Below, in pieces: positions 42,434-58,250 of a stretch of DNA of 64,000 nucleotides (the first letter of the stretch is position 1; each line of letters starts with the position of its first letter). The translations under genes were made by a program, and so were the position numbers. The stretch is taken from assembly GCA_964016885.1 (NCBI GenBank), contig OZ024742.1, forward strand, positions 353,958,001 to 354,022,000, given 5' to 3'. Below the pieces are notes generated by a model. That model had not been told where the DNA came from, did no database searches, and saw only the letters and a program-made list of their open reading frames with translations. This stretch comes from Eledone cirrhosa. Taxonomy: Eukaryota.

Positions 42434-43860
42434 CGAAGGAAATGTGGTAAGGACCAGGTGGACCATAACGCACCAAAGTACTCAATACTTGAGGTAGTAG
42501 AGTGGGTAATAGGAACCAGTAAGACCCCGACAGCTGAGCTCAAGCCGTTTCGACGGCTAATTCTGGACTAAATGAAAATTTATCCTGGTATTTAAATAGC
42601 CGATCTTCTCAAGGGGTAATTCCATATATGGTCAAAGTGATTGTCAAAAATCAGTAGTAATTCTGTGGTTGCAAATTAGTAGTGGAGATGGTGGCTAAAC
42701 CTGCCAGTAGGAGAAAGAGGGGAGGGGGTGGAGTAGCCCCAATCAAGCGTTTGTAGTGCCAGCTACAGCTGGGCATGAGGTCAAAGAAGATACAGGGGAG
42801 GGGGAGGGGGAGGAAGTCGGAACGGTAGGTAGAACAATGGGGGGTAGAAATATATAGGAAAGAAAAAATACGTGTAAAGAAAGACAAATGAGTGTAAAGA
42901 AAAAAGTAAAGTAAATTAAATTCTACGACCTAGGTCTCTAGCTAATGTTAGTCTAGAATAAATAAATAAATAAAGAAAGAAAGAAGTAAAGAAAGAAATA
43001 AAGAAGTAACGAAATAAGTAAAAGAACTAGGTGGGACGGATTAGGCGAGGGCCCTTTTAAGAGGTATAACTACGTAAATGATACGGTGACGGGTCAACAA
43101 AAGGGGCCAAAATACTAAAGAGACTACCACGAAATAAACAATAAAGGTTTCCATCCCGGGCACAATTCCAGCAACCACCCAGTGCCGCAAAGTGAACTAA
43201 TACGAGATAATAATTCTGAGTCCCGGGAAAAATATATACTAATGCTAACTCTAAAAGATCTAAAACAAGCTACATGAAAGTTCGTACGAAGTAAAGGTAG
43301 AATACGGAAGAATAAATTCAGAATCCACCCCGCCCAAAAGAAAAGCGAAGAAAGAAATACTGAAACGAAAAAATAAGGCATAAGTGCCACTAAGAAATAT
43401 AGAGGGCACAGAGAATAGTGGGAGCGGTCGGAAAAAGGGGACAAGTATCCGGGGTCTAAACCAACTGCTATAAAGGGCGGAGTCCGCCAAATCTATCCTA
43501 GACTAGGGGAGGGGGTGGGGGTACTAAGGCTACAAGGGACCAAAGGGCAGCCTCGGGTGGGCGAGAAAAGACGCCGAGAAAGGAGAAGAGCTGGGGTAGA
43601 AGGACTAAGGAGAGAGGGGGGAAGGAAGGAAATAAAGGAAGCGATAAAAGAATACAAAGAAGATATTACGTCTTCCTTGGCAAGCAGGGGTTACCCATTG
43701 CAAAATCGGCAAGTGGGGTGTTATAGCCCTAGTCTACCCCCCCCCCCCGGGTCATTATGGGGTTTGAGGGCGAGGTAAGTCCTACGCAATCTATGTTTAC
43801 ATGCAGTAACCAGTTCATCTTTCTTGTTTAGGAGTTGGTCCGTCGAAAACAGCATTTGTA
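42432..43860 (-). mobile_element. Extreme 3' end of a Naiad-like PLE: last codons, ~1.1 kb 3' UTR and pseudo-LTR
   Basis: The minus strand at ~43794-43835 reads LLNKKDELVTACKH. An HHR lies near the 3' end, and (TA)n lies on both sides. Confidence 0.7.
42524..42617 (-). ncRNA. Type I hammerhead ribozyme (U3-A8) with well-formed stems
   Basis: acccc TTGAGAA ga(t)cggcta...tagccgtc GAAA cggct-tgagctc-agctg TC ggggt. Confidence 0.85.
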
Positions 43861-43880
43861 AAGTATATATATATATATAT

Positions 43881-43953
<73 letters not shown>

Positions 43954-43993
43954 ATGAGATAATTTCTACAGAACGAGAACTGATTCACCAAAT

Positions 43994-44043
<50 letters not shown>

Positions 44044-44106
44044 GTTTGTGTGTGTGTGTTCTCAACAATCGTAGCTTTTAGTTATTATGGAGATTATTTA
44101 TAAAAA

Positions 44107-44454
44107 TAACAAAATAAGATGCTGAGGTTACATATATCGTGTGCCCACTAGGCATATGTCTGCTCTGCACACAAGCAATAGGACGTGTGTTTTTTCCTGC
44201 CAGCGACATATCAAACATATCGAACTCATCTGAGGATGCCGTTCTCATAACAACAACAAATGCATCAAGGACATCTTGATTGCATGGAGAACCGTGGACA
44301 TAATTGTTTCTACTTTAGGCACAAGGCCAGCAATTACCCAGTGCATCGCTGGTACTTTATTTTATCGACCCCGTAAGGATGAAAGGCAAAGTCAACCGTG
44401 GAAATAATGATAATGTATAAACGATATATGTAACCTCATCATCTTATTTTGTTA
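44107..44454. repeat. Small element with ~34 bp terminal inverted repeats containing a SINE fragment (44301-44400)
   Basis: taacaaaataagatgctgaggttacatatatcgt versus acgatatatgtaacctcatcatcttattttgtta. Confidence 0.65.
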
Positions 44455-44600
44455 CATATACATGTGTGTGTGTGTGTGGGGGGGGGGGGTGTATACATAT
44501 ATATATATATATCATAAAGATGTCTATATTCTACAAACATATTAAGTATCCTTTCAAACTGTCATGAACCTCCGACACAAGTCAGAAATCTACAGTGTGC

Positions 44601-45080
44601 TACTACCGGTCAAATAAAGGAAAACAGAAAGGGATGGGAACATAAGTTAGCGTTAATATCATGCCACAGAAAAAAGAAAGAAACAAAGAAAGAAGAGAGA
44701 AGAAGGGGGAAATAAGAAGAAGATAAGCCAGGGTTAATGTCAGCTATAAGAAGAAAGACAGAAAGAAAGAGGATCAAGGTCGGTATTACAGTCAGGCCAG
44801 GATTGTCGCGAAGAAATTATTTATTCTAAGGGACCCGTATCTTAACAACTACTACCGGTCAAATATAGGCAAACAAAAAGGGGAAGGAAGATAAGTCTGC
44901 GGGAGGAAGACAGTAAGAAGGGAGAAGAGAAAGAAGAAAAGGAAGAAGTAGAAAAGTCAGGGTTGACGGCTACAAGAAGAAAGATAGAAAGAAAGAGGAA
45001 GAAAGGTCGATATTCATGTCAGACAACAATCAGGCCAGGAGAGGCGCGAACAAATGTTCACACGGAGCAGTATCTTAGCA
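44601..45080. repeat. Diverged ~250 bp purine-rich tandem duplication
   Basis: tactaccggtcaaata at 44601 and 44850. Both copies end gtatctta(a/g)ca. Confidence 0.7.
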
Positions 45081-45121
45081 TAGGTAAATATAGTGGGGGT
45101 CAGTGTGTTATATTGTGGGAG

Positions 45122-45929
45122 CATTTATACTAATAAATCTGACGGCCGTATGTAAGTAACAACCTTTTCGCCAAAAGGCTGAACCAAACAGCACCAAATT
45201 TGCACCATAAATGCAACTTTTTCCAAGTAGGAAAGTCAGTGATTTTTGTCTATTAAATTTTGTTAAAAGATTAAATACATTATTTAAATATTGACTTCAT
45301 TAAAATTTTCAAATGTCAACACTTCCGGTTACACGAAATTCCTCTCTCTTTCTTATTCTGTATTTTTAGATAGATAGATAGCTATAACGTCGCGCTCTTA
45401 TAATATGTCTCTGTATGTCTGCATGTCTGCATTATGAAAACCATTCTCTACATTGTACTTCGCTATCTGTGTGTGTATGTATGTATATAGTGTGGATGTA
45501 TATATATATATATAGTATATATAGTATCATAAATAATAAATGAAAGACAGTTTAATTTGCACATGTTATTCCTTTATACCTACATATACATACATGTTAT
45601 TCCTGTATACGTATATATACATACATTTTGTTCCTTTATACGTATATATACATACATTTTATTCCTTTATACTTATATATACATACATAAAAAATGGTAT
45701 TTACAGTTGTATAAACAAAAAGTAAAATTGTTTCTATGTTGGCACAAGGCCAGCAATTATCCAGTACATTACTGGTACTTTATTATAGGTAATATATATA
45801 ATACGACATTCCCCTCTCTTTCTTACTCTGTCTATTTAGATAGATACCTAGCTATAACGTCGCTCGCTTATAATATCTGTCTGTATGTCTGCCTGTGTGC
45901 ATTGACTTCGCTTCTAACCAACTTTTAAT

Positions 45930-45985
<56 letters not shown>

Positions 45986-46214
45986 CATATATTCGTGTAC
46001 ATATTTTCAACAGTACAACAGTAATACAATATTATACTACATATTTTCAACATTGATACTATACTCTTCTACATATTTTCAACGGTGATACTTTACTACA
46101 CAGACGTCTTATCGTATGTTTATCCAAGCGGAGCTAGGTACGTCAGCCGCATATGTATGGATGCTGTAGAACACGTCAATAGTAGCGGGGTGCCAGCCGG
46201 ACGGGTCAGATAGT
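45122..46214 (+). mobile_element. Non-autonomous Helitron-like element with internal microsatellites and a SINE fragment
   Basis: 5' tatactaataaatctgacggccgtatg; 3' gccagccggacgggtcagatagt (CTAG-like end). Confidence 0.45.
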
Positions 46215-46678
46215 ATATATATACAATTCATTGTTGATGCTTGTCACAATATATCACATGTAATCAATTCTAGAAGAATGTTAAGCATAAGCATGTATGT
46301 GGAATACTCAGCCGATTTCTACACTAAATTGTTTCGACTGCAGTTCAACCATCTATCATTTCGACGCTCAATCGTTTTCCTCACACAAGAATATATATTT
46401 AGTAGCCTTACTACATAAAAACAATCTACGTTTACTGCAGACAACTTGGTACATATAGTACGTTTACAATTTTAATCCCAAACAAACAATACATGTTCTC
46501 CACCATATTCTGCCTGGCTATTCTTGATAAGTTTCAAGTTTGCACTTTTCAGCATGTATGAGCAAGAACACTTATAAAATGGCCTTTATCTTAGCCACTC
46601 ATTCACGTTCTTTCTCAACTCTTCTCCACCTCTTCATTGTTGCAGTCTAACAATTACACACATTTTTTATATATATGT

Positions 46679-46800
<122 letters not shown>

Positions 46801-48233
46801 GAAGAAATACATTCATAATACACATATAAAATAATACGTGTATATGTGTGGTATGTATACGTGTATGTATGTGTATGCGTATGTGTGTATGTGTGTGTGT
46901 ATGTGTGTGTGCGTGTGTGTGTGCAAACATATATACATATATATATATACATACGTATGTGTGTGTGATGGTCTTCTACTCTCAGCCAGAGCGAGTCACC
47001 ATATATCTGCACACACACATAGTGACACACACGCACACATAGACTCATACGCACACACACTCATACACGCATACAGACCACTCACACACACGTATATTTT
47101 ATTATGAATGTATTTCTTCCCACTTTTTTATCATTGAGGTTTCCACTCTTGATCTTGTTCTTTCTTACTATCGATCTTAGTGTGGCGTGTACTACAACAT
47201 CACAATTCCCAACACTGGATACAAAGCCACAGTCTTAAGTCATTCGCTATTAAAAGGCCAAACTCTACAGTTAGATTAACTCAAAAGATGAATGGGGATA
47301 ATTGCGCCTTTGATGCAGTTATTGTGCTCTGCTATGTTCTTCTATTCTAGTTTTGTTTTCTCTTTCATTTTCATCCTCAATTCTCCTTCCTCTATTTTCG
47401 CTCTCTTTCATTTATCTATTTAATGTTTCTATTTTTTCCAATCCTCGTTTTTCTATTCATTTTAAAACTTTTATTTTTTCATTTATTAATTTCTTCTTAC
47501 TCATTTTCAATTTTTTTTTTTTAGGTGTATATATATGTTTGGCTTTAAACATGTTTTTTCTTCGTTTATTTGTAATTGTATTATTTCATTTTTTCCTTGT
47601 CTTTCTTCACCTTTCTCTTTTAGAAGTAACTTGAATTGTGATTTTCCTGACTTGTCCTTTCCAATCTGACATTAAAACATGCCGACATACACATACATTC
47701 CCACACACGCATACCTATGACATACATGCGCGTTCTCTGAAATACACATTAGCACACAGAACACACACACACGTGCAAACACATATCTCGTGTACACCAA
47801 CTAATGCATTTTCACACATACAAGCACACATACATATATGAGACAAAAACAGACCAAAATCTGGCATCTTGTGTTCGATACAGATACTGAAGTACATGTA
47901 TACCCTTATACAAGTATACTTCTATATATCATACCTATCCATTTTACAAACCACAGTTTATGTCTCGTAACAGATCAAACATTATCCAACACATATTTAC
48001 TATACATTCTAAGCGACTTTTAATTTTTCATTTCTTTACTTTTTTAACATTTCTCTTACAGACCAATTACACAAATACCTTCAAACATTGATACGTTATC
48101 ACATAGCGGAGATATTCATAAATGTATTATTTCGCATAATTTGGGTCTCTATCTTGAAAGTGAATGCACGTGAAACAAAGATTTGATTTCAATCACGCGT
48201 ACAAACACACTCTCACGTAACTCTCTCCCTATT

Positions 48234-48319
<86 letters not shown>

Positions 48320-49061
48320 CACACACACACATACACACATACACACACACACACACACACATATGTATATATATATATATATACATATACATATAATTTC
48401 TTAATAGTATTTTAATGTCCTACATATATGCATACATATATGCACGTATACATACATAAAATCGTATATAACTACATACATTCATACGTACATACATTCA
48501 TACATAAATATCTACAAAAAATAATAACACACACACACTGGTATATACACAAATATATATTGTCCTCTACAAAATGTTAAGTTATTGGTCAAATTATATG
48601 AAACAGTCCTGAAGAAGTCATTCCTACAATAAAATGAGTTGAGTGCCATTCAGAGATAGGTCGCTGCAAGAATAACACTGAATCGGCGGGCCGTCACAGA
48701 ATCAAGGCTATTCTCTGTTTGCGTTTGCTGTTATCATATTATTGATTACCTAATCTTTGCATTATACAACTGATGACTCCACCAAAGTCATGATCTGATG
48801 ATGTAACTAGACCACATAGATATGTAGTGTTCTATACAGATCATGTTATATAAGGAAAAAGGTTATAAAAGAAAACGCACCTTGTATATATAAATATAGT
48901 TATATAAACATCGTATCCCTTAGTTTAGCAAGGACAGAACTAAGCCAAACCACACGGTCGAAAAACAGCGAAAGTACAACTCAATAAGGTGTTTATGAAA
49001 AGGTAAAGAGAAACCTCGCTATCACCAACGTTCTGTACATGTTATAAAGTCCCTTCCTTTA

Positions 49062-49099
<38 letters not shown>

Positions 49100-50440
49100 C
49101 AACGTGTGTTTCCTTTTATTATCATTTTCCTTATATACAATGGTGTACGCAGCACGGTAAAAAAGCACCCAGTACTCACTGTATACGAGGTTGGTGTTAG
49201 GTAGCTCATCCAGCTGTAGAAATCAAGCGAAAATCAGTTCTGTATGAGCAAGACATGTCATATGTACATACATATACTGCATATGAGAAAATACGGGAAT
49301 ATATTGAATTTAATGCAATACCCTTATTTGAACGCATGTATGTAGCCTTGACGGTCTGAGACATACAGAATGTGATAATACGATAAAATATACATGATAT
49401 ATGTTAATCTGAATAAGACCCATAAAAACGTATTACTACACAAGAAAATAAACTTTCACCAATGCTCACCTATCGAAATATTTTGTTTTCAACAACCATA
49501 CACACGCATATTTATTCCAACATAACCACTGCGGTGGGGAGACATATACGTTCCGCTAAAAAATAGATTTAAGTACACAATTACATAGAGAGTAAACCAG
49601 ACTGTGCAGCTATCAACTCATATAAGCGCTTATCAATTGCACCACAAGTCCATCCAGACTCCGACAATTCTGCCATTGTGATCATTGTAATACTATCAAT
49701 GGAAACGTGAAAACAAAGATGTTGACTTTTTAAATAAGAAGAAAAAATAAATATTCTACCATGCTATGTTGGCGTTAAGCAAACTCTTTTGTGAAGAACA
49801 GTTGAATATGTCTTCTTATAATGGCACTCGCGTAATATATTTACAATGTATTTCCTTTTTTACCATTCATCAAATGCGTTTCAATATATTTTATTTGATA
49901 TAATGTATGTTCACATACACTCACAATTAACGGTAGAATGTTTTACCCACTATACAGTTAAAGGGATTTAGGACGATAAGATATTTTTCTTATGCACTTG
50001 TTATGAGTAAATAATCGTTTAAATTAATGCCATGAATGTTAACCTATGTACTCTTGTTTTATCGTAGTAGGTATTCTTACAATTAAATTGATTATATTGA
50101 ATACTATTATGTATCGATCTTCACATTTAAACGTTTATTTATATTTCATGTCAGCTTTTCTAGAATCCACAGCACACGTTAACATAAGACTCTGCTATTG
50201 AGATGAGGCAGGTGTCTAGAAAATGTTACCTATACCAATGATCAATTCGCGGTGAAGGCCATAGAGGAATACACATGACCAGATTCACAAATGTCTCTAT
50301 GTTCATTGTCAAAACACGGAACTATTATTTTACACATGTAAACGTATCTGGGCAATACATAATTCATGAATACGTTGTTAACTTTGAGGTTTTCAAAACA
50401 CTAACTTCATTATTGTTCATATCACATCTGAAATGGTAAA

Positions 50441-50631
50441 TAATTGTTTCTACTATTGGCACAAGGCCAGCAAATACCCAGTGCATTACTGGTACTTTAT
50501 TTTATCGACCCCGTAAGGATGAAAGGCAAGGTTAACCTCGACGGGATTTGAACTCAGAATGGCAAGGGCCGTAATTCTATACGTCAAAGCATGGCGTCCG
50601 ACCCTCTACCGATACTGCCAATTTACCGCCC
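50441..50631 (-). mobile_element. Full-length tRNA-derived SINE (family of 20333-20537)
   Basis: Reverse complement of 20333-20515 with A and B boxes. Confidence 0.85.
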
Positions 50632-51147
50632 TCAATGATAAATAGTATTAGTCAATTGCAGTAATGCAAGATTCCAGTGTCAGTGTGCATAACTGTTAAA
50701 TAGATTTATACCCGATATTTCACCAACGATTTCACCACAATGGATAAATATATCTTTTGATTACATCGAAAATGTTTGTGCAGGGAAAGCTTTGATGTCA
50801 GCTTCACTAGAATAATACATTCTTGATAAACCTGTTTGTCTTTTTCAGAATGAGTTCAATAATTTAGCTAGAGTATCTGTTTACACAATGAAGCTACATT
50901 TATGTTTATTAATTCTACTATGTATACTTCAACAACAACCTGTACGTATGAAACAGTGACAGGGATTATTTTAACGAGTACCTCTCCATCAGAAATAAAT
51001 TAATGGAAATTATTGATATTAACAAAGAGAATTGATAGCATTTCCATAAGAGCTCTCTCAATTAATTCTCAGTTGTTCTCTGATCCTCATCCACTCTTTC
51101 ACACTACACGCACATACACACACATCATGCACCCCCCACACCCCACA

Positions 51148-51259
<112 letters not shown>

Positions 51260-51275
51260 TATATACACATTTATA

Positions 51276-51308
<33 letters not shown>

Positions 51309-51439
51309 TTGCCATAAAGATTATTGCTGTATTATAACTTCAAATATTACAACAATTTTGGGTACCTGAGATAAGAAATTGCACAGTATATTCGATATGT
51401 CTAACTATAAACGCCATAAATCATAAAAATAGGAAGGAA

Positions 51440-51595
51440 AGGGCAAGGACTATAGGGAAAATGTAACGATTATAGGGAGAGGACAAGGACTATAGGAAAC
51501 ATGCAGAGACTATAGAAAGAAAGCAAGGAGTATAAGAGAAATGTAAAGACTAAGGGGAGTGAGCAAGGACTATAGTGAAAATACAAGGACTATTT
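51440..51595. repeat. Degenerate ~20 bp minisatellite (gcaaggactatagggaaaat-like)
   Basis: caaggactatag variants recur at ~20 bp spacing. Confidence 0.65.
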
Positions 51596-52117
51596 GACAG
51601 GGGAAGAAAGAGTAGGGAGATTAGATAAGGCGACAGACTCTACAACTAGTATGGGGTAGTGTTTATATACACATATTTCGATCATAATCAAGACACCTAA
51701 TGTAATATTGAATTATAATTTAAAGTGTATTATTTCATAGAAAGCAGATAATATTTTGAAAATGGTTTTGTAAATAATTATTTTAAATCTCATGGATTTT
51801 TTCAATACTGGGGAGAGAGAGATAGAGTAATTAAATATAACAATAGTTACAGAGTTGGGGAGAGAGAGAGGGGAGATGTATATAAAAATAAAGAAAGACA
51901 GAAAAGATCGTTAGACAGAAAGACAGGCAGACAAAGAGAGAGAATGAAACCAATATATGCAGAGAAAAAAGAGACATTTGAGTCATAATAAATGTAATCT
52001 CAAATTTCGTTTCAATAAAAAAAATAGAAAATTACTGCGCTTGAGAGAGAGAGAGAGTGGGGGGGGGAGGACATAGAGTATATTTAGAACCCCGAGCAAC
52101 GTCGGGCCATTCTGGTA

Positions 52118-52172
<55 letters not shown>

Positions 52173-52513
52173 GGTGTATGTATGCGTGTGTTTGCGTGTG
52201 TGTGTGTGTATATAAACATATATGTTATTATATATATATATATATGTATACATATTATATACACACACGCACACATATAAATACATATATTTTTCTTTCT
52301 CTTTTTCTTTCCATTTTTCTTTCGTGCCCTTTTGATTGAGAAAAGACCTTGGGCGCACCGCTGATTACTTATATATGTCCTGTATTAAGTGCCGAAACAT
52401 GTTGTTCTCGGTTTACAGTTGATAAAGGATCCCTTTCCTTCTTTCCTTTCTTCTCTTGTTTCGTCCATACTACCATCTTAAACTTTGTTTACAGTGACCA
52501 CACAGCTCCTTTC

Positions 52514-52558
<45 letters not shown>

Positions 52559-52569
52559 TATATATATAG

Positions 52570-53575
<1,006 letters not shown>

Positions 53576-55255
53576 TATACATATATATGCATGTGTGTGT
53601 GTGTGTGCATGTGTATGTGGGTGTGTAGGTGTGGGTGTGTGTGTGTGTGGGTGTGTGTATGTGTGTTTGTGTGTAGTTTCGTTTCTAACAACACCTTATA
53701 TGAATGCATTTGTTGGATAAGTGAAGACAGGTTAGGCAACTGTGTTGCAATCTATACCACACATTTCTAAGTTCACATTCAATTGAACTAACGCTGTTAC
53801 TACGTTTGCTGTCAAACATTTCTCGTGGGTAAAGGTGTGTTAAAACTGCGTGTGCATAGGTGTATATAAGAGCAATACGAGGACTATATTAAAAGAAATC
53901 TGTAACAATACATTATAGACAATTGATGTTAAGTGCACATACTGGTCAGTTACGGAATTATATTTATGTGAAGGGACGATTTCTATAATCACCCTTTTAA
54001 TATGTCCATGTTTTACTTAAGTTATCAGAAATATTTTACAAATTTACATATTACTTAGATGTAATTATATTCATTTATTTAAATAGCCCAACCTTGCTTA
54101 GCCTATTTTAGATTTAGTTCAATAATAAAATCGACAATTACATTTATTTAAAAATTTCTTATCGATGTTTCAATGAATCGGTATTTAAATATAATTGTTT
54201 TATGGAAATCAGTTTAGACATAATATTTTAACGAGATAATTGCGTTATTCAAAATACAAAGACGTTTTCAATCATAAATATAGACAAATTAAAAGAAAAA
54301 TAAATATGCCAAGGGAGTCCTACTCACATTAATCAATATAACTACGTAATACTGTTCCAATGTAAATAATAGCAGTATAACAAAATATTATAACGTCATG
54401 TGTTTTCCCACAATAGTAAAATATTGTGGTAAGCCATTTAAAGATTTTCACGAATGTAATTTACGTGTATTTCTGTTCCCATCCTGCTCGCTAGGATAAA
54501 TCAGTAATGTATCTCAATGAGAGCAACTCAGCGTGCATGCTATTACAATAAGAACATTGCCAGACATTATTAATCGTCATAGCAAATTAGAGTAGGGTGT
54601 CATTAACCTTTATAGAAGATTTTGCAGATAGTTCGTAGAACTTACATGTATAAACAAAATCTATATTTCAATATTTATCGATTTTGTAGTAATTTGAAAG
54701 AATAAACTGTTCGAGATAACACAATTGACAACAACATTTTTAAATACATATAGACATCACGTGACATAGTTACTACTTTAAAACTGATAGTGTGTGGTCT
54801 TCTAAATGTTTTTAAATAAAAATACGGTAACACCACGTTATATTTATTTTTTTATTTCACAACAATATAAATATTAGATATGCAAAATATACCTATTCTG
54901 CTATTAAAATTCGCCATAAATTAGTCTATTTGACAACACCTATATTGAATAATCATAATGGAAACATGCGAATATTTATTGCTCTCATGAAGCGTTCTCA
55001 TAAACTTGGATCTTCACATTACCCTTCAGGGATAGGCTAAAAGCCCTTATTTTATAGACAACCATGTCACTCTTCTTTCTTGAATTATTATTACTCAGAG
55101 TATAATCTACATAGAAAACCCCGCGAACTCGCAGCATCACTATGGAAACGTTTTCTTGAGTCAAACTAAGCCATATGTTAATACCATCCACAACATGGAG
55201 TACTCTAACTGGACTACATCTAAGTGGACTGCCTATAACGATAAACTGTTATCCC

Positions 55256-55341
<86 letters not shown>

Positions 55342-55629
55342 CTTTAAGTCGTTTGGAAGCCTCGACAATGCAAATGGGTAAATCTCCGGGTAACAAGGTC
55401 CGGTGGTGGAGAGAGAGATGTAAGTAGGTGTACGTTGAGATGCGTGGTGTGTATAAGATGTGTGAGATGTGTAGAATGAAGGGAAGATTATAAAGGATAA
55501 AATTAAAATAACAACACAAGAGAGAGTTACCTTGGGAGAGATTTGATAGTCCCTATATATTTCGGATTTACATCCATCAACTGGGGTTGTTTTCCGGGGT
55601 GGGGGAAAAGGTTGTCTGTCCGACAAGTC

Positions 55630-56011
55630 CGGAACGCGTCCTTCGCTGTTTGTTGTTTTGAATATTGGAGCGGGAAAACAATTACACGCAAAGACAAAAC
55701 CCCGTTTATGGTATAAAAGAAGTTGTAGACTAATATTATATTAGGTAATTCATGGAGACGTTCTCTGGCAATGAACGGAAACAACGAAGATAATGGGTCA
55801 TTATGTGGAGCGGTGACAACAATTGCACGCGAAGACAACACCACGTAAATGGTATAACTAAAGTCGTAGACTAAAATCCTAACTAAGAAACCGAATGATT
55901 CTCGGCTTAGGAGTTAAGAATAAAGTAAATAAATTACAGAGCTAATTTGAATTAAATAAATACATACATGCATCCATATACGTACATACACAAGCATACG
56001 CGAAAACACTC
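55630..56011. mobile_element. Pseudo-LTR fragment of the Naiad-like family at 9399-10680
   Basis: Matches 10345-10680 in the same orientation. Confidence 0.75.
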
Positions 56012-56239
56012 AGGATGACTCCGGATACATAGCGAGGGGCAGACATTACAATGCCCTATCAGTGCTGTTTAAATCAGCGGCCCTCGCTATAGAACATGCA
56101 ATGACCCTTTACACACCTGCAAGGTCATAATATAGCTCTCCCACATAGGAAACAAGAACACCTCGTATCTGCATTTCCAGGATCCCACCAGGACTTGACA
56201 TGGAGGTTCTCCTAAGATGTGTGATTGTTGAGGGGACAG

Positions 56240-58030
56240 ATACCGTCCCCACGAGGGTTACAAATACTGCCAGAAAGTTTAAGATTTTGGCCAAGGATTT
56301 ACGAAGAGGTTAGTGCTTGTTGTCGAGGATATTGGTGAGGAGGCGCAAAATTGCGCAAATCCGACCAGGTCCATGCACGACAACCTCCACCCAATGCGAT
56401 GCATCATAGAGAGGGTAGGATGTAAACCTGGTTTCCGTGGGGCTCTGATCAATTTAGATGAATAGAAATCATTCGATACGATCGACCATCGGTACATCGA
56501 GGCTGTCCTCAAGACAGCTGGATTCGGCCCCGCCTTCAGAAATTGGATCGCTGCAATGCACAGCCGCATCTGCTCTGTGGTCAAAGTTAATGGCCACCTT
56601 TTGGAACCGTTTTAGATCTCCCGATCGGTCCGTGTAGGTTGAACCTCTATTCTCCCTTCAGTACGTATTAACTCTGGAGCACTTACTGCGGAAGCTGGAG
56701 CTGTTGCAGAGCATCCAGTTCAAACCGGGACGTGGAAAGGCTATGCCGGCTTATGCCGACGACATCACCTTATTGGTGTCGGATACATCGGAAATCGAGG
56801 TGGTCGACGACTTATTGCAGGAATATGGAAGGTTGACGTGGGCAAAGCTTAACCCGGAAAAAATCAGTGGGCTTGCAACTCGCCACCTGGAGAGGAAAGT
56901 ACATGACGTCCAACAGCGGCGATGGGCGCTGGACGGACGAACCAGTAAAGTTACTCAGGTTTGGTTCGGGCCAGAACTCCAGGTGGATAAGAATTTGGAC
57001 GAGGTGACCTGCAGGGTAGCCAGTTTCACCCAGAAATGGGCTTCGAGGAAGCTACTACTGAAATGTCGGGCGGAGGTGGCGTACGCGTACATCGTATCCG
57101 TCATCTACTACCGCCTGACCATCGTGTCTTGCCCCCGTTGATGCCTCGCCAACTTGGAGCTGCTCCTCTTGAAATTCTTGTGGAGGAGATAGGTTCCGTT
57201 GGTGAGGCGGTCCATTTGCTGTCAGCACCCTCTACGTGGGGATTTGGGCATGCCATGTCTAATGATACGCAGACATGCGCAGGTGCTATGGCATCTCCAG
57301 ATATTCTGCCTAAACGGTGAACAGGTGTGGTCGCTGTTTGTCACACGGGCCTTTCCGAACCTCGTTTCTTTGACTAAGCAGCACTCCTTGGTCAAGAAGA
57401 GACTGAGACTGTGTGACTGGCATTTCGAATTGGTCCAAGCACCCACTGCCCTCAACCAGGTGGGAAATTCGGTCAGAGGAACTTCCACTCTCGAGTTCCA
57501 TAGAGGATTAGTGGTGGGCAAGTGCGACGACGAACTCGGAGAGGTATTGGTTGCCGACGAATTCGAATTAACTAATCTGTTCCGTGGGACTTTAGAGACG
57601 GGGACGATGGATAACTTTCAAAATACCTCGCCTGATAAACTATATAAGCACGGAAGTGCTGTCAGACGGACCTGCCCCTTATCTGCGCAGAGCGACGAAA
57701 CCGTTCTGCATGCACAAGTCCAGTGTCCGTGCATTACTGGAGTTATGTCGAACAGCTGTTGTCGCGTGTAGAACGGATCTTAGCTATTGGCCGCGCCCAT
57801 AGTGAAGATCGACTCGTCCCCTTCCTTTGGTCAGGAAGAGCATGCAATTTTCCTCTATATGGTGGCAGTAGCCAAAAATGTCTTATGTTGGACCAGGTTG
57901 AAATGACTGAAGACAGACACCTTTCTTTTCGGCCACTCTCTCATCAACTTTTTCAAGTTTCACTTACAAAGGAAGGTGCGTGTGGAGAGACAAGTGCTGC
58001 CCTCCAGTACATTTGCTGAAAGGTGGGTGA
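56240..58030 (+). mobile_element. Old degenerate Tx1/L1-like LINE RT fragment
   Basis: AYADDITLLV, VWFGPELQVDKN, MVRRSICCQHPLRGDLGMP and DETVLHA motifs. Homologous to 60007-61990 but with many frameshifts. Confidence 0.88.
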
Positions 58031-58099
58031 ATTAATCAACTCAAGACTCGGTGCCTATCGAACTGGCCGACTCTGTAACTGTACGTTACCATCCCTGAT

Positions 58100-58203
<104 letters not shown>

Positions 58204-58217
58204 GCGCGCACACACAC

Positions 58218-58250
<33 letters not shown>

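Noticed and set aside
52335-52410. ctgatta...gaaacatgtt hammerhead-like string
   Set aside because: The core is mutated and stems I and II cannot be paired convincingly.
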